This document shows positions 21,376 through 30,465 of a stretch of 64,000 nt of DNA, in pieces. Source of the DNA: an uncultured Verrucomicrobiae bacterium (GTDB taxonomy: Bacteria > Verrucomicrobiota > Verrucomicrobiia > Limisphaerales > UBA11358); contig CAVXQV010000009.1 of NCBI GenBank assembly GCA_963764035.1, forward strand, positions 177,939-241,938, written 5' to 3'. Each line of letters starts with the position of its first letter. Position 1 is the first letter of the stretch. Under the pieces are notes generated by a model, which was not told where the DNA came from, searched no databases, and was given only the letters and a program-made list of their open reading frames with translations. Position numbers and translations under genes: made by a program.

Positions 21376-21483
21376 TCGCCAGCATTCAAATTTGGCAAAC
21401 CGGTGGCGGCGACGCCCTCGTCGCCAAAAACCATCATCAACCTTCGCCGCGACAAGTCGTCGCAGCCACGTGAAATGATCGCC
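21370..21483. mobile_element. 103-bp REP-like insertion with 11-bp direct repeat AAATGATCGCC at the permease start
   Basis: aaatgatcgcc at 21370 and 21473 flanks gtggcggcgacgccctcgtcgcc ... gcgacaagtcgtcgcagccac. Confidence 0.55.
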
Positions 21484-23217
21484 GCGCTGTTCTATCTGCA
21501 ATGGCAATCGTTCCGCAACCGGCTGACCACCCGGTTCAAGCGGCTCAAGCAGCCGAAATATCTGGTCGGCGCCATCATCGGCGGACTTTACCTCTACTGG
21601 TATTTTTATCGTGTCCTTTTGGGCGGGGGACGGCGGACGCCGGCCAACTTCGCCCTTTCACCGGAGCATCTGCAATTGTTTGAACTGGGCGGCGCGCTGG
21701 CGTTGTTCATCATCGTCCTGCTGGCGTGGATTCTTCCTTACGAACGCGCCGCGCTCACGTTCACCGAGGCCGAGGTGGCGTTCCTGTTCCCCGCGCCGAT
21801 CTCCCGGCGAAATCTGATTCACTACAAACTCCTCCGCTCGCAAATGCGGATTTTCTTCAGCGTCGTCATCCTGACGATTTTTTCGGCGCGGCGATTCGGC
21901 AGCCATCCGCTGATTCACGCGCTCGGCTGGTGGACGATTCTCTCGACGCTGAACCTGCATTTCCTCGGCGCGTCGTTCGCGCGGACGCTGCTGCTGGATC
22001 GCGGCATTTCCAACTGGCTGCGCCGTTTGCTGGTGCTCGGCCTGACGGCGGCAATGGCCGCGGCCGTGTGGTTCTGGGCAAAGCAGTCGCTGCCGCCGCT
22101 GAATCAGGCTGACCTCGAGAATTTCGATTCCATCCTGGACTACGCGCAACGTCTGCTGACCGCCGGCCCGGCATTGTATTTGCTTTTCCCGTTCCGGCTG
22201 GTCGTCCGGCCGTTTCTTGCGCCTGATGCCGCAACGTTTCTCATTGCGCTCATTCCGGTGCTGCCGATTTTTCTGCTCCATTACCTCTGGGTCATTTATT
22301 CCGACGTGGCGTTCGAGGAGTCATCGGTGGAAGCGTCACAAAAGCTCGCCACGCGCATCGCCGCCGCGCGCACGGGCAACTGGCAGGCTGCACAAAAGAA
22401 GCAAAAAGCCAGGCGCGCGTGGTTCAAACTCGCCCCGACCGGCCCGCCGCCCGTGGCGTTGCTCTGGAAAAACCTCATCGGCGTCGGCCAGGTTTTTTCC
22501 CCGCGATTATGGATTGCGCTCACCGTCGTTGTCATGATGGTTCTGATCTTCGGCTTGAAAGACATCAGGCACGAACAGAATTTTTCCTCCTTGGCGGCAA
22601 TGCTGGCTGGCACCGCCCTGGGATATTCGCTTTTGCTGGGACCGCAGTTGTTGCGGCTGGATTTCCGGCACGACCTGCCGCGGGCCGATGTTCTGAAAAC
22701 CTATCCGCTGCGCGGCTGGCAGATTGCGCTCGGCGAAATCCTCGCGCCGGTCGCGGTGCTGATCACGTTTCAATGGCTGCTGCTTTTGGTTGGATCGGGT
22801 CTGCTGGTTTACCTATCCGGCGCGAAGACGACGCTTTTTCTGGCCATCGCCGCCGGCGCGGCGGTGTTGCTGCCCGTGCTCGATGTGTTGCTGCTGCTCA
22901 TTCCCAATGCCGCAGTGCTGTTGTTTCCGTCGTGGATTCAAACCGGCAAGGACAGCCCGCGCGGCATTGAAGCCACGGGCCAGCGGTTGATCTTTGCCCT
23001 CGGCCAATTACTGGTGCTGCTGCTGGCGCTCCTTCCCGCCGCCGCCGCCTTCGCCGGCGTTTTCTTTCTGTTCCGGCTTGCGCTCGGTCCGGCGGCCGCC
23101 GTGCCGCCGGCCGCGATTGCCGCCACCGTGGTCGTGGCCGTGGAGGCCGGCTTTGGCGTGATGCTGCTCGGCAAATTGTTTGAGCGCTTTGACGTGACGG
23201 AAGAACTGGCGAGCTGA
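21475..23217 (+). CDS. Putative ABC exporter permease
   Basis: Many TM helices; FTEAEVAFLFPAPISRR; LRLDFRHDL. Adjacent to the ABC ATPase. Confidence 0.85.
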   Translation: MIAALFYLQWQSFRNRLTTRFKRLKQPKYLVGAIIGGLYLYWYFYRVLLGGGRRTPANFALSPEHLQLFELGGALALFIIVLLAWILPYERAALTFTEAEVAFLFPAPISRRNLIHYKLLRSQMRIFFSVVILTIFSARRFGSHPLIHALGWWTILSTLNLHFLGASFARTLLLDRGISNWLRRLLVLGLTAAMAAAVWFWAKQSLPPLNQADLENFDSILDYAQRLLTAGPALYLLFPFRLVVRPFLAPDAATFLIALIPVLPIFLLHYLWVIYSDVAFEESSVEASQKLATRIAAARTGNWQAAQKKQKARRAWFKLAPTGPPPVALLWKNLIGVGQVFSPRLWIALTVVVMMVLIFGLKDIRHEQNFSSLAAMLAGTALGYSLLLGPQLLRLDFRHDLPRADVLKTYPLRGWQIALGEILAPVAVLITFQWLLLLVGSGLLVYLSGAKTTLFLAIAAGAAVLLPVLDVLLLLIPNAAVLLFPSWIQTGKDSPRGIEATGQRLIFALGQLLVLLLALLPAAAAFAGVFFLFRLALGPAAAVPPAAIAATVVVAVEAGFGVMLLGKLFERFDVTEELAS

Positions 23218-23225
23218 AACAAAAA

Positions 23226-23298
23226 TCGTCCTCGTCCTCCTCCCCGCTCTCGTAATCGAAAACAGGACATCGAGGACGAGAACGGCGACGAGGACGAG
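23226..23298. repeat. (TCGTCC)n/(GGACGA)n inverted hexamer element
   Basis: tcgtcctcgtcctc ... gaggacgagaacggcgacgaggacgag. Confidence 0.65.
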
Positions 23299-23329
23299 CA
23301 TGGGATGTGCTCCGCGCTGTGTTCCGCGC

Positions 23330-23358
23330 TTGCTGGTTTCATCGCCAGCGGCTATAAT
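23330..23358 (+). promoter_or_regulatory. Sigma70-type promoter of mdh
   Basis: TTGCTG-17 bp-TATAAT, 17 nt upstream of the mdh ATG. Confidence 0.5.
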
Positions 23359-23375
23359 CGCAGCCCGTTCTATTT

Positions 23376-24371
23376 ATGAGCAAAGCCCCTATTCACGTTG
23401 CCGTCACCGGCGCCGCCGGCCAAATCGGTTATTCCCTCCTGTTCCGCATCGCCTCCGGCGCGGCGTTTGGCCCGGACCAGCCGGTCATCCTCCACCTCAT
23501 CGAAATCCCCGACGAAAAGGCCATGAACGCGCTGCACGGTGTCTGCATGGAACTCGACGACTGCGCGTTTCCGCTGCTCAAAGGCGTCGTGCCGACCTCG
23601 AATCTCGACGAAGGTTTCCGCGGCGTGAACTGGGCCCTGCTCGTTGGCGCCGTGCCGCGCAAGGCGGGCATGGAACGCAAGGATTTGCTCGGCATCAACG
23701 GCAAAATTTTCACCGGGCAGGGCAACGCCATCGCCAAAAACGCCGCCAGCGACGTGCGCGTGCTCGTCGTCGGCAATCCGTGCAACACCAATTCGCTCAT
23801 CGCCGCGAACAACGCGCCGGGCGTGCCGAAGGAACGTTTTTTTGCCATGACCGCGCTCGATGAAAACCGCGCGAAGACGCAACTCGCGAAGAAGGCGGCC
23901 GTGGACGTGACCGCCGTCACCAACCTCGCCATCTGGGGCAACCACAGCGCGACGATGTATCCCGATTTCTTCAACGCGAAAATTTCCGGCCAGCCGGTCC
24001 CCGGCGTCATCAAGGACGAGGCGTGGCTGAAGGGCGAATTCATCACGACCATCCAGCAGCGCGGTGCGGCCATCATCAAGGCGCGCGGCTTGAGCAGCGC
24101 CGCCAGCGCCGCCAACGCCGCGGTCAACACGGTTTACCGGCTCACGCACCCGACGACCGCCGGCGACTGGTTCAGCGTGGCCGTGCATTCGGACGGAAGC
24201 TACGGCATCGAGAAGGGTTTGATCTTCAGCTATCCCATCCGCAGCAACGGCCGGGATTTTGAAATTGTCCAGGGTCTGCCGCACAACGATTTCAGCAAGG
24301 CGAAAATCGCCGCAACCGAGGCCGAACTCAAGGAAGAGAAATCGTTGGTCGCCGATTTGCTGCCGAAATAA
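23376..24371 (+). CDS. mdh: Malate dehydrogenase (type 2)
   Basis: [57 protein letters not shown]. Confidence 0.97.
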   Translation: MSKAPIHVAVTGAAGQIGYSLLFRIASGAAFGPDQPVILHLIEIPDEKAMNALHGVCMELDDCAFPLLKGVVPTSNLDEGFRGVNWALLVGAVPRKAGMERKDLLGINGKIFTGQGNAIAKNAASDVRVLVVGNPCNTNSLIAANNAPGVPKERFFAMTALDENRAKTQLAKKAAVDVTAVTNLAIWGNHSATMYPDFFNAKISGQPVPGVIKDEAWLKGEFITTIQQRGAAIIKARGLSSAASAANAAVNTVYRLTHPTTAGDWFSVAVHSDGSYGIEKGLIFSYPIRSNGRDFEIVQGLPHNDFSKAKIAATEAELKEEKSLVADLLPK

Positions 24372-24373
24372 CC

Positions 24374-24442
24374 GGAGCGCGGGCGGCCCGCCCGCGAGTA
24401 TAAATGTTGTGGGCAAACACGCGGATGAGCCTGCCGCGCCCC
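24374..24442. repeat. REP/REPIN-like inverted pair (family of 10668)
   Basis: ggagcgcgggcggcccgcccgcg ... cgcggatgagcctgccgcgcccc. Confidence 0.55.
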
Positions 24443-24531
24443 TGATTTTCCCCGCAGGCGCAGGGTGCTGGTTGTGCAATCAGCTTGGGGATGTTACAAT
24501 GCCGTGATCGCATCCGCACCCGTATAAGACC

Positions 24532-27500
24532 ATGAATACCTCGATCACAGCCGTTCTTGTTGTGTTATTCGGCACGGCCAAAATCGCTTCCGGCCAGACC
24601 ATTCCTGATCCGGCCGTCAAGGGTCCGGCGCTCGCGGCCAATGTCCACGGCGGTTACAATTCGGTGGGAACGCCGGGATCGTCAACCGTGGTTAACGCGC
24701 CGGTGACCGGCAACGGCGACATGGCGATCATGGTCGGCGGGCCGTCAACGGACTTGAGTTTCGTCGTCGGCAAATCGGATTTCTGGGGCGTGGAACACGG
24801 CGTCGTCATGCCGGTGGGTTCGCTGGTGTTGAGCGCCCCGGCTTTGAGCGGCAGTTCCTATTCGCTCGTCCAGAATGTCGGCGCCGCCACGGTCACGGGA
24901 AATTTTACGTCCGGCAGTTCAGGATTGGGCCTGAACTCGTGGATCGCGACATCGCAGAACACGGCCTTCATTCAACTGACCAACACCGGTTCGCAACCGT
25001 TGACGTTTTCCAGCCAATTGCGCGACGCCTACGGAACCTCCGGCAATCCCGGCACGCTCGGTTATTCGGCGAGTTCGACCTGGTTGAGCGTTTCGCCGGA
25101 CGCGGTGTATCTGGAACTCGGCAATCACACGCACATTAGTTCATCCGCGCCACTGACGGGACGCATTGCTGACATGCAGATTTTCACGAACGCGTTGAGC
25201 TCGGCCCAGTTGAACGCGCTGGAAACGCCCGGCGCGGTTCCTAGCCTGCTGCAATGGGTGGCAACCAATCAAGGCGCCGCGACGCTTGCGGGCACGGCCA
25301 GCTTGAACACGTCCGATCCGCACGGCGGTTCGGTGGTGCTGACGGGCGATGCCAGCTCCGAAGTGGCCGTGGGCGTCTTGGGGATGCCGCAGGCGAACTT
25401 CACGGTTGCGGCGTGGGTGTATCTGACGGCGGTCAATTCGGGGAACGAAAACTGCATTTTTACCGGACTGATCAATCACGGCACGGGAGGCTATCCGTTC
25501 ATGCGAGGGCTGAAACTCGTGGTCACGTCCAGCGGCATGTTGAGCGCGACGCTCAACACGAGCGGCAACGTGAGCACCAGTCCCTACGACCCGACGTATT
25601 CCGCCGACGCGGTGAACGCTTACACGGCCACGGGCGGCAGTTCGCTGCCTCTGAATCAGTGGATCCAGACCGCGGTGACTTACGACGGCAACACACTGAC
25701 TGTCTATACCAACGGAACGGTCGCGGGCGCGACGGTGTTTCCATCGGCGACGAACGTGCTGGGTTTTAACAAGACGGCGATTCATCCGGGCAGCGGCAAC
25801 ACCAATGTGTGGTTCAACGGCTGCGCGCCGCAGGGCGTGTTGATGCAAAGCGTCTTCGGCGTGCCGGTCACGGACAACGGCAGCACGCTGACTTTCACCG
25901 TGCCGGTGGGCGGGCAGGCGACAATTGCCCTGGCCGCCGTGACCGACCGCAACACGAACAGTTTTTTCGCCGCCGCGCAGCAGCAAAGCCAGCAGGCCAG
26001 CGTTTCCACCATGAACAGCCGGTTTCAGGAGCATGACCGATGGTGGAGCAACTTTTGGTCAAAGTCCTTCGTTCAGATTCCCGATCAACTCGTCCAGAAC
26101 GAGTGGTATGCGTCGCTGTATCTGCTGGCGTGTTGCAGCAAGTCCAATTGTCCACCGCCGGGATTGTGGGGCAACTTCATCAGTTCGACCGGCATGTATT
26201 GGGAAGGCGATTACACCCTGGACTATAATTATCAGGCGACGTTCTGGGCGGCGTTGGCATGCAACCATAACGAGCTGGCGGACAATTACGACGGACTGTT
26301 GCTCGACCACATTTCACGCGGCCAGTCCATCGCCCAGTATTGGGGCTTTCAAGGCATATTTTTATACACCCACCTGATCCCGGTTCCGGGCTGGAGCGAC
26401 GACGGCTATACCTTCTGGTCGCAGAAATCCGACGCCATCTTCGCGGCGGTGAACTGCGCCATGCGCTGGCGCTACACGCACGACACCAATTACGCGGCCA
26501 AAGTCTATCCTTACATGAAAGGAGTCGCTGATTTCTGGACCAATTATCTGGTCCTGTCCAATAACGTCGCCTACTGGGATTACAACGACGCGGCGGCCGA
26601 AAGCGGCGGCACCAGCGACGTGAATCCGGCGACCACGCTGGCCTTCATTCAATTGGTGTTTCCGTCGCTGAACGAAATGAGCCAGGTGCTGGACCTGGAC
26701 GCAGGCAGCCGCCCGCTGTGGACCAACATCGTTGCGAAGTTATCGCCGCTGCCCATCGTGGCGGCCAACAGCATCGCCAGTCTGAGCGCTTTGGGAACGA
26801 ATTATGTGACGCCGGGGATGAATGTAATTCGTGACGCCGCTTCCGGCACGGCTTTTCCGACCCCGGAGGTGGCGGTTTATCAAGATCATCAAACCCGGGG
26901 TTCCAGCGCCGGCATGAACTCCACCCAGACGATTTTCCCCGGCTGGGACATTGGACTGGAAAGCGATCCCGCGACACTGGCCGCGGCCCAGAACACTGTG
27001 TATCTGGCGGCGGAATGGTATGATGGGAATGATGACTGCACGTTTTTTCCTTCGGCCGCCGCCATCGGCCTGGATCCCAATCTCATTTTGTCGAATCTCG
27101 ACGGCGCCATCACCTACCATGCCTATCCCAATTTCATGTTCTCGTTCGGCGGCGGCGGAACGGAGGATTATTCCATTGTCCCCTGCGCCCTGGCGAACAT
27201 GTTTCTCCAGAGTTACCAGACGAACCTGCACATTTTCCCCAACTGGCCGGCAAACCAGAACGCCAGTTTCGGAAACCTGAACGCCTGCGGCGGGTTCCTC
27301 GTTTCCAGCGCCGTGACCAACGGCTTGATTCCCTATGTGCAAATCACCAGCACGGCCGGCCAGCAACTGCGCCTGATCAATCCCTGGCCGCAGACGACGG
27401 TCCAGGTGGCTTCAACCGCAAACCCGACCACTCAATTCGCCGGGACCAACTTTAATTATCAGACGCAAGCGGGAGAGGTTCTGACCCTGACGCCGGTGGG

Positions 27501-29076
27501 GCCGCCGGTTTCCGTTCCCGCCACGCCAGGCTGGCTCGGTGCCACCGCCACCAACGGACAGATCATATTAAACTGGACCGCCGCCACCGCCGCCTCCGGC
27601 TATAATGTGCTGCGCTCGGTTGACGGGAACAACTATGTGATCGTTGCCGCCAATTTGCCGGGGACCACATACACGGACTCGAGCCTGAACAGCGGTCCGA
27701 ATTACTACTACGAAGTGTCGGCCACCAACAACTTTGGCGAAAGCGCCAAAACGGTGCCCGTCCCCGCCAGCCTTGCGCCGCCGGCGCCGGCCTGGCAGAG
27801 CGTCATACAGAGCGGGCAGCAACTCATCCTGCAGTGGACGGCTTCCCCGGGCGCCACCGGTTACAATCTGAAGCGCTCGACCGACGGCACGAACTATTCC
27901 CCCTTGGCCGCAAATCTGTCAACGACCGCCTTCACGGACACCAACGTGGTGAACGGCTCGACTTATTACTACGAAGTTTCGGCCCTGAACAGTTACGGCG
28001 AAGGATTTCTTTCCACGCCCATCAGCGCGACGGCCACCACGCCGACCGCGCACATCCCGGCCTCCAACTACGGCAGCCAGTCGGGGACCGGATTGGAGAC
28101 CTGCTCGGAGGGCGGGCAGGATTTGTGCAACATCGTAAACGGCAGTTGGGCGATCTACACCAACGTGAACTTTGGCGTGGGCACCTTGAGCCTGAAGGCG
28201 CGCGTGGCGAGCGCCACTGCCGGCGGAACGATCCAGCTCCGCCTGGGCACGACCAACGGCCCGGTCATCGGCCTCCTCACGGTGCCCAACACCGGCGGCT
28301 GGCAGACGTATTCCACGGTGAGCACCCCGTTGACCAATGCCATAGGCGTCCAGAATCTCGTGCTGCTGTTTGTGGGCGGGGGTGGATACTTGTTAAACGT
28401 GGAGTGGCTGGAGTTCGCGCCCATTCCAGTGTCCCTAAACTGGCTCACGGGCGCCATCATCGGCACGCCCGGCTCATACAACAGCTCGGGCAATACCATC
28501 AGCAACGTCTTTGACAACAGCTTGAACACCTTCTTCGACGGCCCCAACAGTTCGAACGGAAACGGTTGCTGGGTGGGGCTGGATTTCGGTGCCGGCGTCA
28601 GCAACATCATCGCGCAGATCAACTATTGTCCGCGCTCCGGCTTCGAGTCGCGCATGGTGGGTGGCATCTTCCAGGGCGCAAACCAGTCGGATTTCAGCGA
28701 CGCGGCCACGTTGTTCACCGTGGTGGCGCAGCCGGCCACGGGTGTGTTCACACAAGGGTTCACCACCAATACCACGGCGTTTCGCTATGTCCGCTATCTG
28801 TCACCCAACGGCGGCTGGGGCAACGTGGCCGAACTGCAATTCTTTGGCTATCCCTTCGTCCGCCCCATGGTCGGCCTGGCCATGTCGCCGGCCAGCCTGA
28901 CCCTGTCCTGGCCCTTGACGGCGCCGGGCTTCACGTTGCAGTCGAGCACGAACCTGGCCTCGGGCAGTTGGATGAATGTCACCTCCACCGCGCCGCAGAC
29001 TGTCGGCGGCCAATGGCAGGTCACCCTGCCTCCACCAAGCAATGCCGTTTCGATTTATTACCGGTTGGTGAAGTGA
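24532..29076 (+). CDS. Secreted multimodular GH95-like glycoside hydrolase (inserted LamG-like, 2 FN3, CBM6, galactose-binding-like and C-terminal modules)
   Basis: PVTGNGDM, HDRWWSNFWSKS, PPGLWG...WEGDYTLDYNYQ, MFLQSY...LHIFPNWP...GGFLVS (GH95-like). FN3 W.A..GA.GYN..RS. CBM6 ARVAS..GGTIQLRL...TGGWQ. Confidence 0.8.
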   Translation: MNTSITAVLVVLFGTAKIASGQTIPDPAVKGPALAANVHGGYNSVGTPGSSTVVNAPVTGNGDMAIMVGGPSTDLSFVVGKSDFWGVEHGVVMPVGSLVLSAPALSGSSYSLVQNVGAATVTGNFTSGSSGLGLNSWIATSQNTAFIQLTNTGSQPLTFSSQLRDAYGTSGNPGTLGYSASSTWLSVSPDAVYLELGNHTHISSSAPLTGRIADMQIFTNALSSAQLNALETPGAVPSLLQWVATNQGAATLAGTASLNTSDPHGGSVVLTGDASSEVAVGVLGMPQANFTVAAWVYLTAVNSGNENCIFTGLINHGTGGYPFMRGLKLVVTSSGMLSATLNTSGNVSTSPYDPTYSADAVNAYTATGGSSLPLNQWIQTAVTYDGNTLTVYTNGTVAGATVFPSATNVLGFNKTAIHPGSGNTNVWFNGCAPQGVLMQSVFGVPVTDNGSTLTFTVPVGGQATIALAAVTDRNTNSFFAAAQQQSQQASVSTMNSRFQEHDRWWSNFWSKSFVQIPDQLVQNEWYASLYLLACCSKSNCPPPGLWGNFISSTGMYWEGDYTLDYNYQATFWAALACNHNELADNYDGLLLDHISRGQSIAQYWGFQGIFLYTHLIPVPGWSDDGYTFWSQKSDAIFAAVNCAMRWRYTHDTNYAAKVYPYMKGVADFWTNYLVLSNNVAYWDYNDAAAESGGTSDVNPATTLAFIQLVFPSLNEMSQVLDLDAGSRPLWTNIVAKLSPLPIVAANSIASLSALGTNYVTPGMNVIRDAASGTAFPTPEVAVYQDHQTRGSSAGMNSTQTIFPGWDIGLESDPATLAAAQNTVYLAAEWYDGNDDCTFFPSAAAIGLDPNLILSNLDGAITYHAYPNFMFSFGGGGTEDYSIVPCALANMFLQSYQTNLHIFPNWPANQNASFGNLNACGGFLVSSAVTNGLIPYVQITSTAGQQLRLINPWPQTTVQVASTANPTTQFAGTNFNYQTQAGEVLTLTPVGPPVSVPATPGWLGATATNGQIILNWTAATAASGYNVLRSVDGNNYVIVAANLPGTTYTDSSLNSGPNYYYEVSATNNFGESAKTVPVPASLAPPAPAWQSVIQSGQQLILQWTASPGATGYNLKRSTDGTNYSPLAANLSTTAFTDTNVVNGSTYYYEVSALNSYGEGFLSTPISATATTPTAHIPASNYGSQSGTGLETCSEGGQDLCNIVNGSWAIYTNVNFGVGTLSLKARVASATAGGTIQLRLGTTNGPVIGLLTVPNTGGWQTYSTVSTPLTNAIGVQNLVLLFVGGGGYLLNVEWLEFAPIPVSLNWLTGAIIGTPGSYNSSGNTISNVFDNSLNTFFDGPNSSNGNGCWVGLDFGAGVSNIIAQINYCPRSGFESRMVGGIFQGANQSDFSDAATLFTVVAQPATGVFTQGFTTNTTAFRYVRYLSPNGGWGNVAELQFFGYPFVRPMVGLAMSPASLTLSWPLTAPGFTLQSSTNLASGSWMNVTSTAPQTVGGQWQVTLPPPSNAVSIYYRLVK

Positions 29077-29407
29077 CGCTTGAACCGCTTGCTGACGTCC
29101 GGATTGTGGCCGTCGGCGGTTGCGGAGGTCGCCGGCACCGCGGCGCTGGCCTGGTCCTGATGGTTCAGGCCCCGGCCATCATGACTGTCATTTGTCTGAA
29201 AATCGTTGAAAACCGCCGGCCCGCATGAACCGGAGCGCCGAACTGCACATTCCACAGAACAGGTCCGCAAGCCGGGAGAAAGCCGGAGCGCGACATGGAA
29301 AACTGAAACCGGGGAATGGAGTGAATTCAGGCTCGCTTAAAACCAGGACTGCCCCCGCTAAGCCGGAAACATGCAGTCGCCATCCGCGCGATGCGGGCAT
29401 CCGCTTG

Positions 29408-29539
29408 CGTAGGACAGGCGTCGCGCCTGTCTCCATCTAAAAAATCCCCTCACTTTTGGGTGACGACCCGCGCGGGCGGAAAAACACCGCCCCAAGGCGA
29501 CCATTTAAGGTCAGAGACAGGCGCGACGCCTGTCCTACG
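29408..29539. repeat. REPIN-like element (26-bp perfect inverted repeat)
   Basis: cgtaggacaggcgtcgcgcctgtctc ... gagacaggcgcgacgcctgtcctacg. Each arm starts GTAG and is itself palindromic. Confidence 0.8.
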
Positions 29540-29839
29540 GCATGGATTCGGCTTAGAACCTGTCTCGGCTCCTACGCCGCCCCAGCCTCTGGCGGTTCGG
29601 TAACGGCCCCAGTCCCGTCAGGGACGAAGGAAAATGTCCGGCCATCCCTGGCGGGACTTGGAAAATTGGGTTGCGATCTTCCCAGCCATACACGGCCGGG
29701 CTGTTTTCAACGAAGCCAGCCTCACCACCAGTTTGTCATGGCCAAACACCGGCGCGACAGTTGCACCTGCCGGAAAGCGGGTTTCCTGTCCTGTCCCATT
29801 TTCATACGCACTGTCCCATAATTGGGATAAAATCGGCCT

Positions 29840-29965
29840 CTGACGGCTGCTGGTCAGTGACCGAGGAGCGCTGGCCAGTCACGGACAAGCGCTGGTCGGT
29901 GACCGAAGAGGGCTGGTCAGTGAGGGACAAGGAGCAATCAGAGACGGACCGGGAGCCATGGCAGC
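29840..29965. repeat. Degenerate 21-bp tandem array (about 6 units), dyad core GGTCAGTGACC
   Basis: ctgacggctgctggtcagtga / ccgaggagcgctggccagtca / cggacaagcgctggtcggtga / ccgaagagggctggtcagtga / gggacaaggagcaatcagaga / cggaccgggagccatggcagc. Confidence 0.75.
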
Positions 29966-30465
29966 CATTTTTAGCCAAAAACCCGGTCCGGCGGGCTTGG
30001 GAGCACAAATCCCGGTATTTTGCACCCGGTGCAGAGGGTGCTGCCAATTACATTGATATATCCTTTTTCAAGTTTATCAGCGGATAAAGAGAACCTTATT
30101 TTTATGGAACGCTAAATGCTTTAGTTGCGGGTGCAGTAAACCGGGTTAAGCGCGAAGCCGGATTGGCTCCCTCCAGATGCCGCACCTTTTTTGAAAACAT
30201 ATCATTTACAAATTATGAACAACCAAAAAGTAGTAAGGGTCACACCAGTGAGGGGTCAGGAGCGAAAAAGGATTTCCGTCAGCCAGTCTTTCTTTTCTTA
30301 AAAGCTGTCTTTGCTTTTCCGGGCCGTTGCGGGCGGCGTCCAACGTGCCATTCGTCCCGGTCATTTCCGTCGTGGGATTCTGATACAGCACTCCCTGGCG
30401 CAAAAGGGGTCCCGGTCTGATTTTCAATCCGGCTTGACTTGCCGGGTGTTTCCGGGAATATCACC

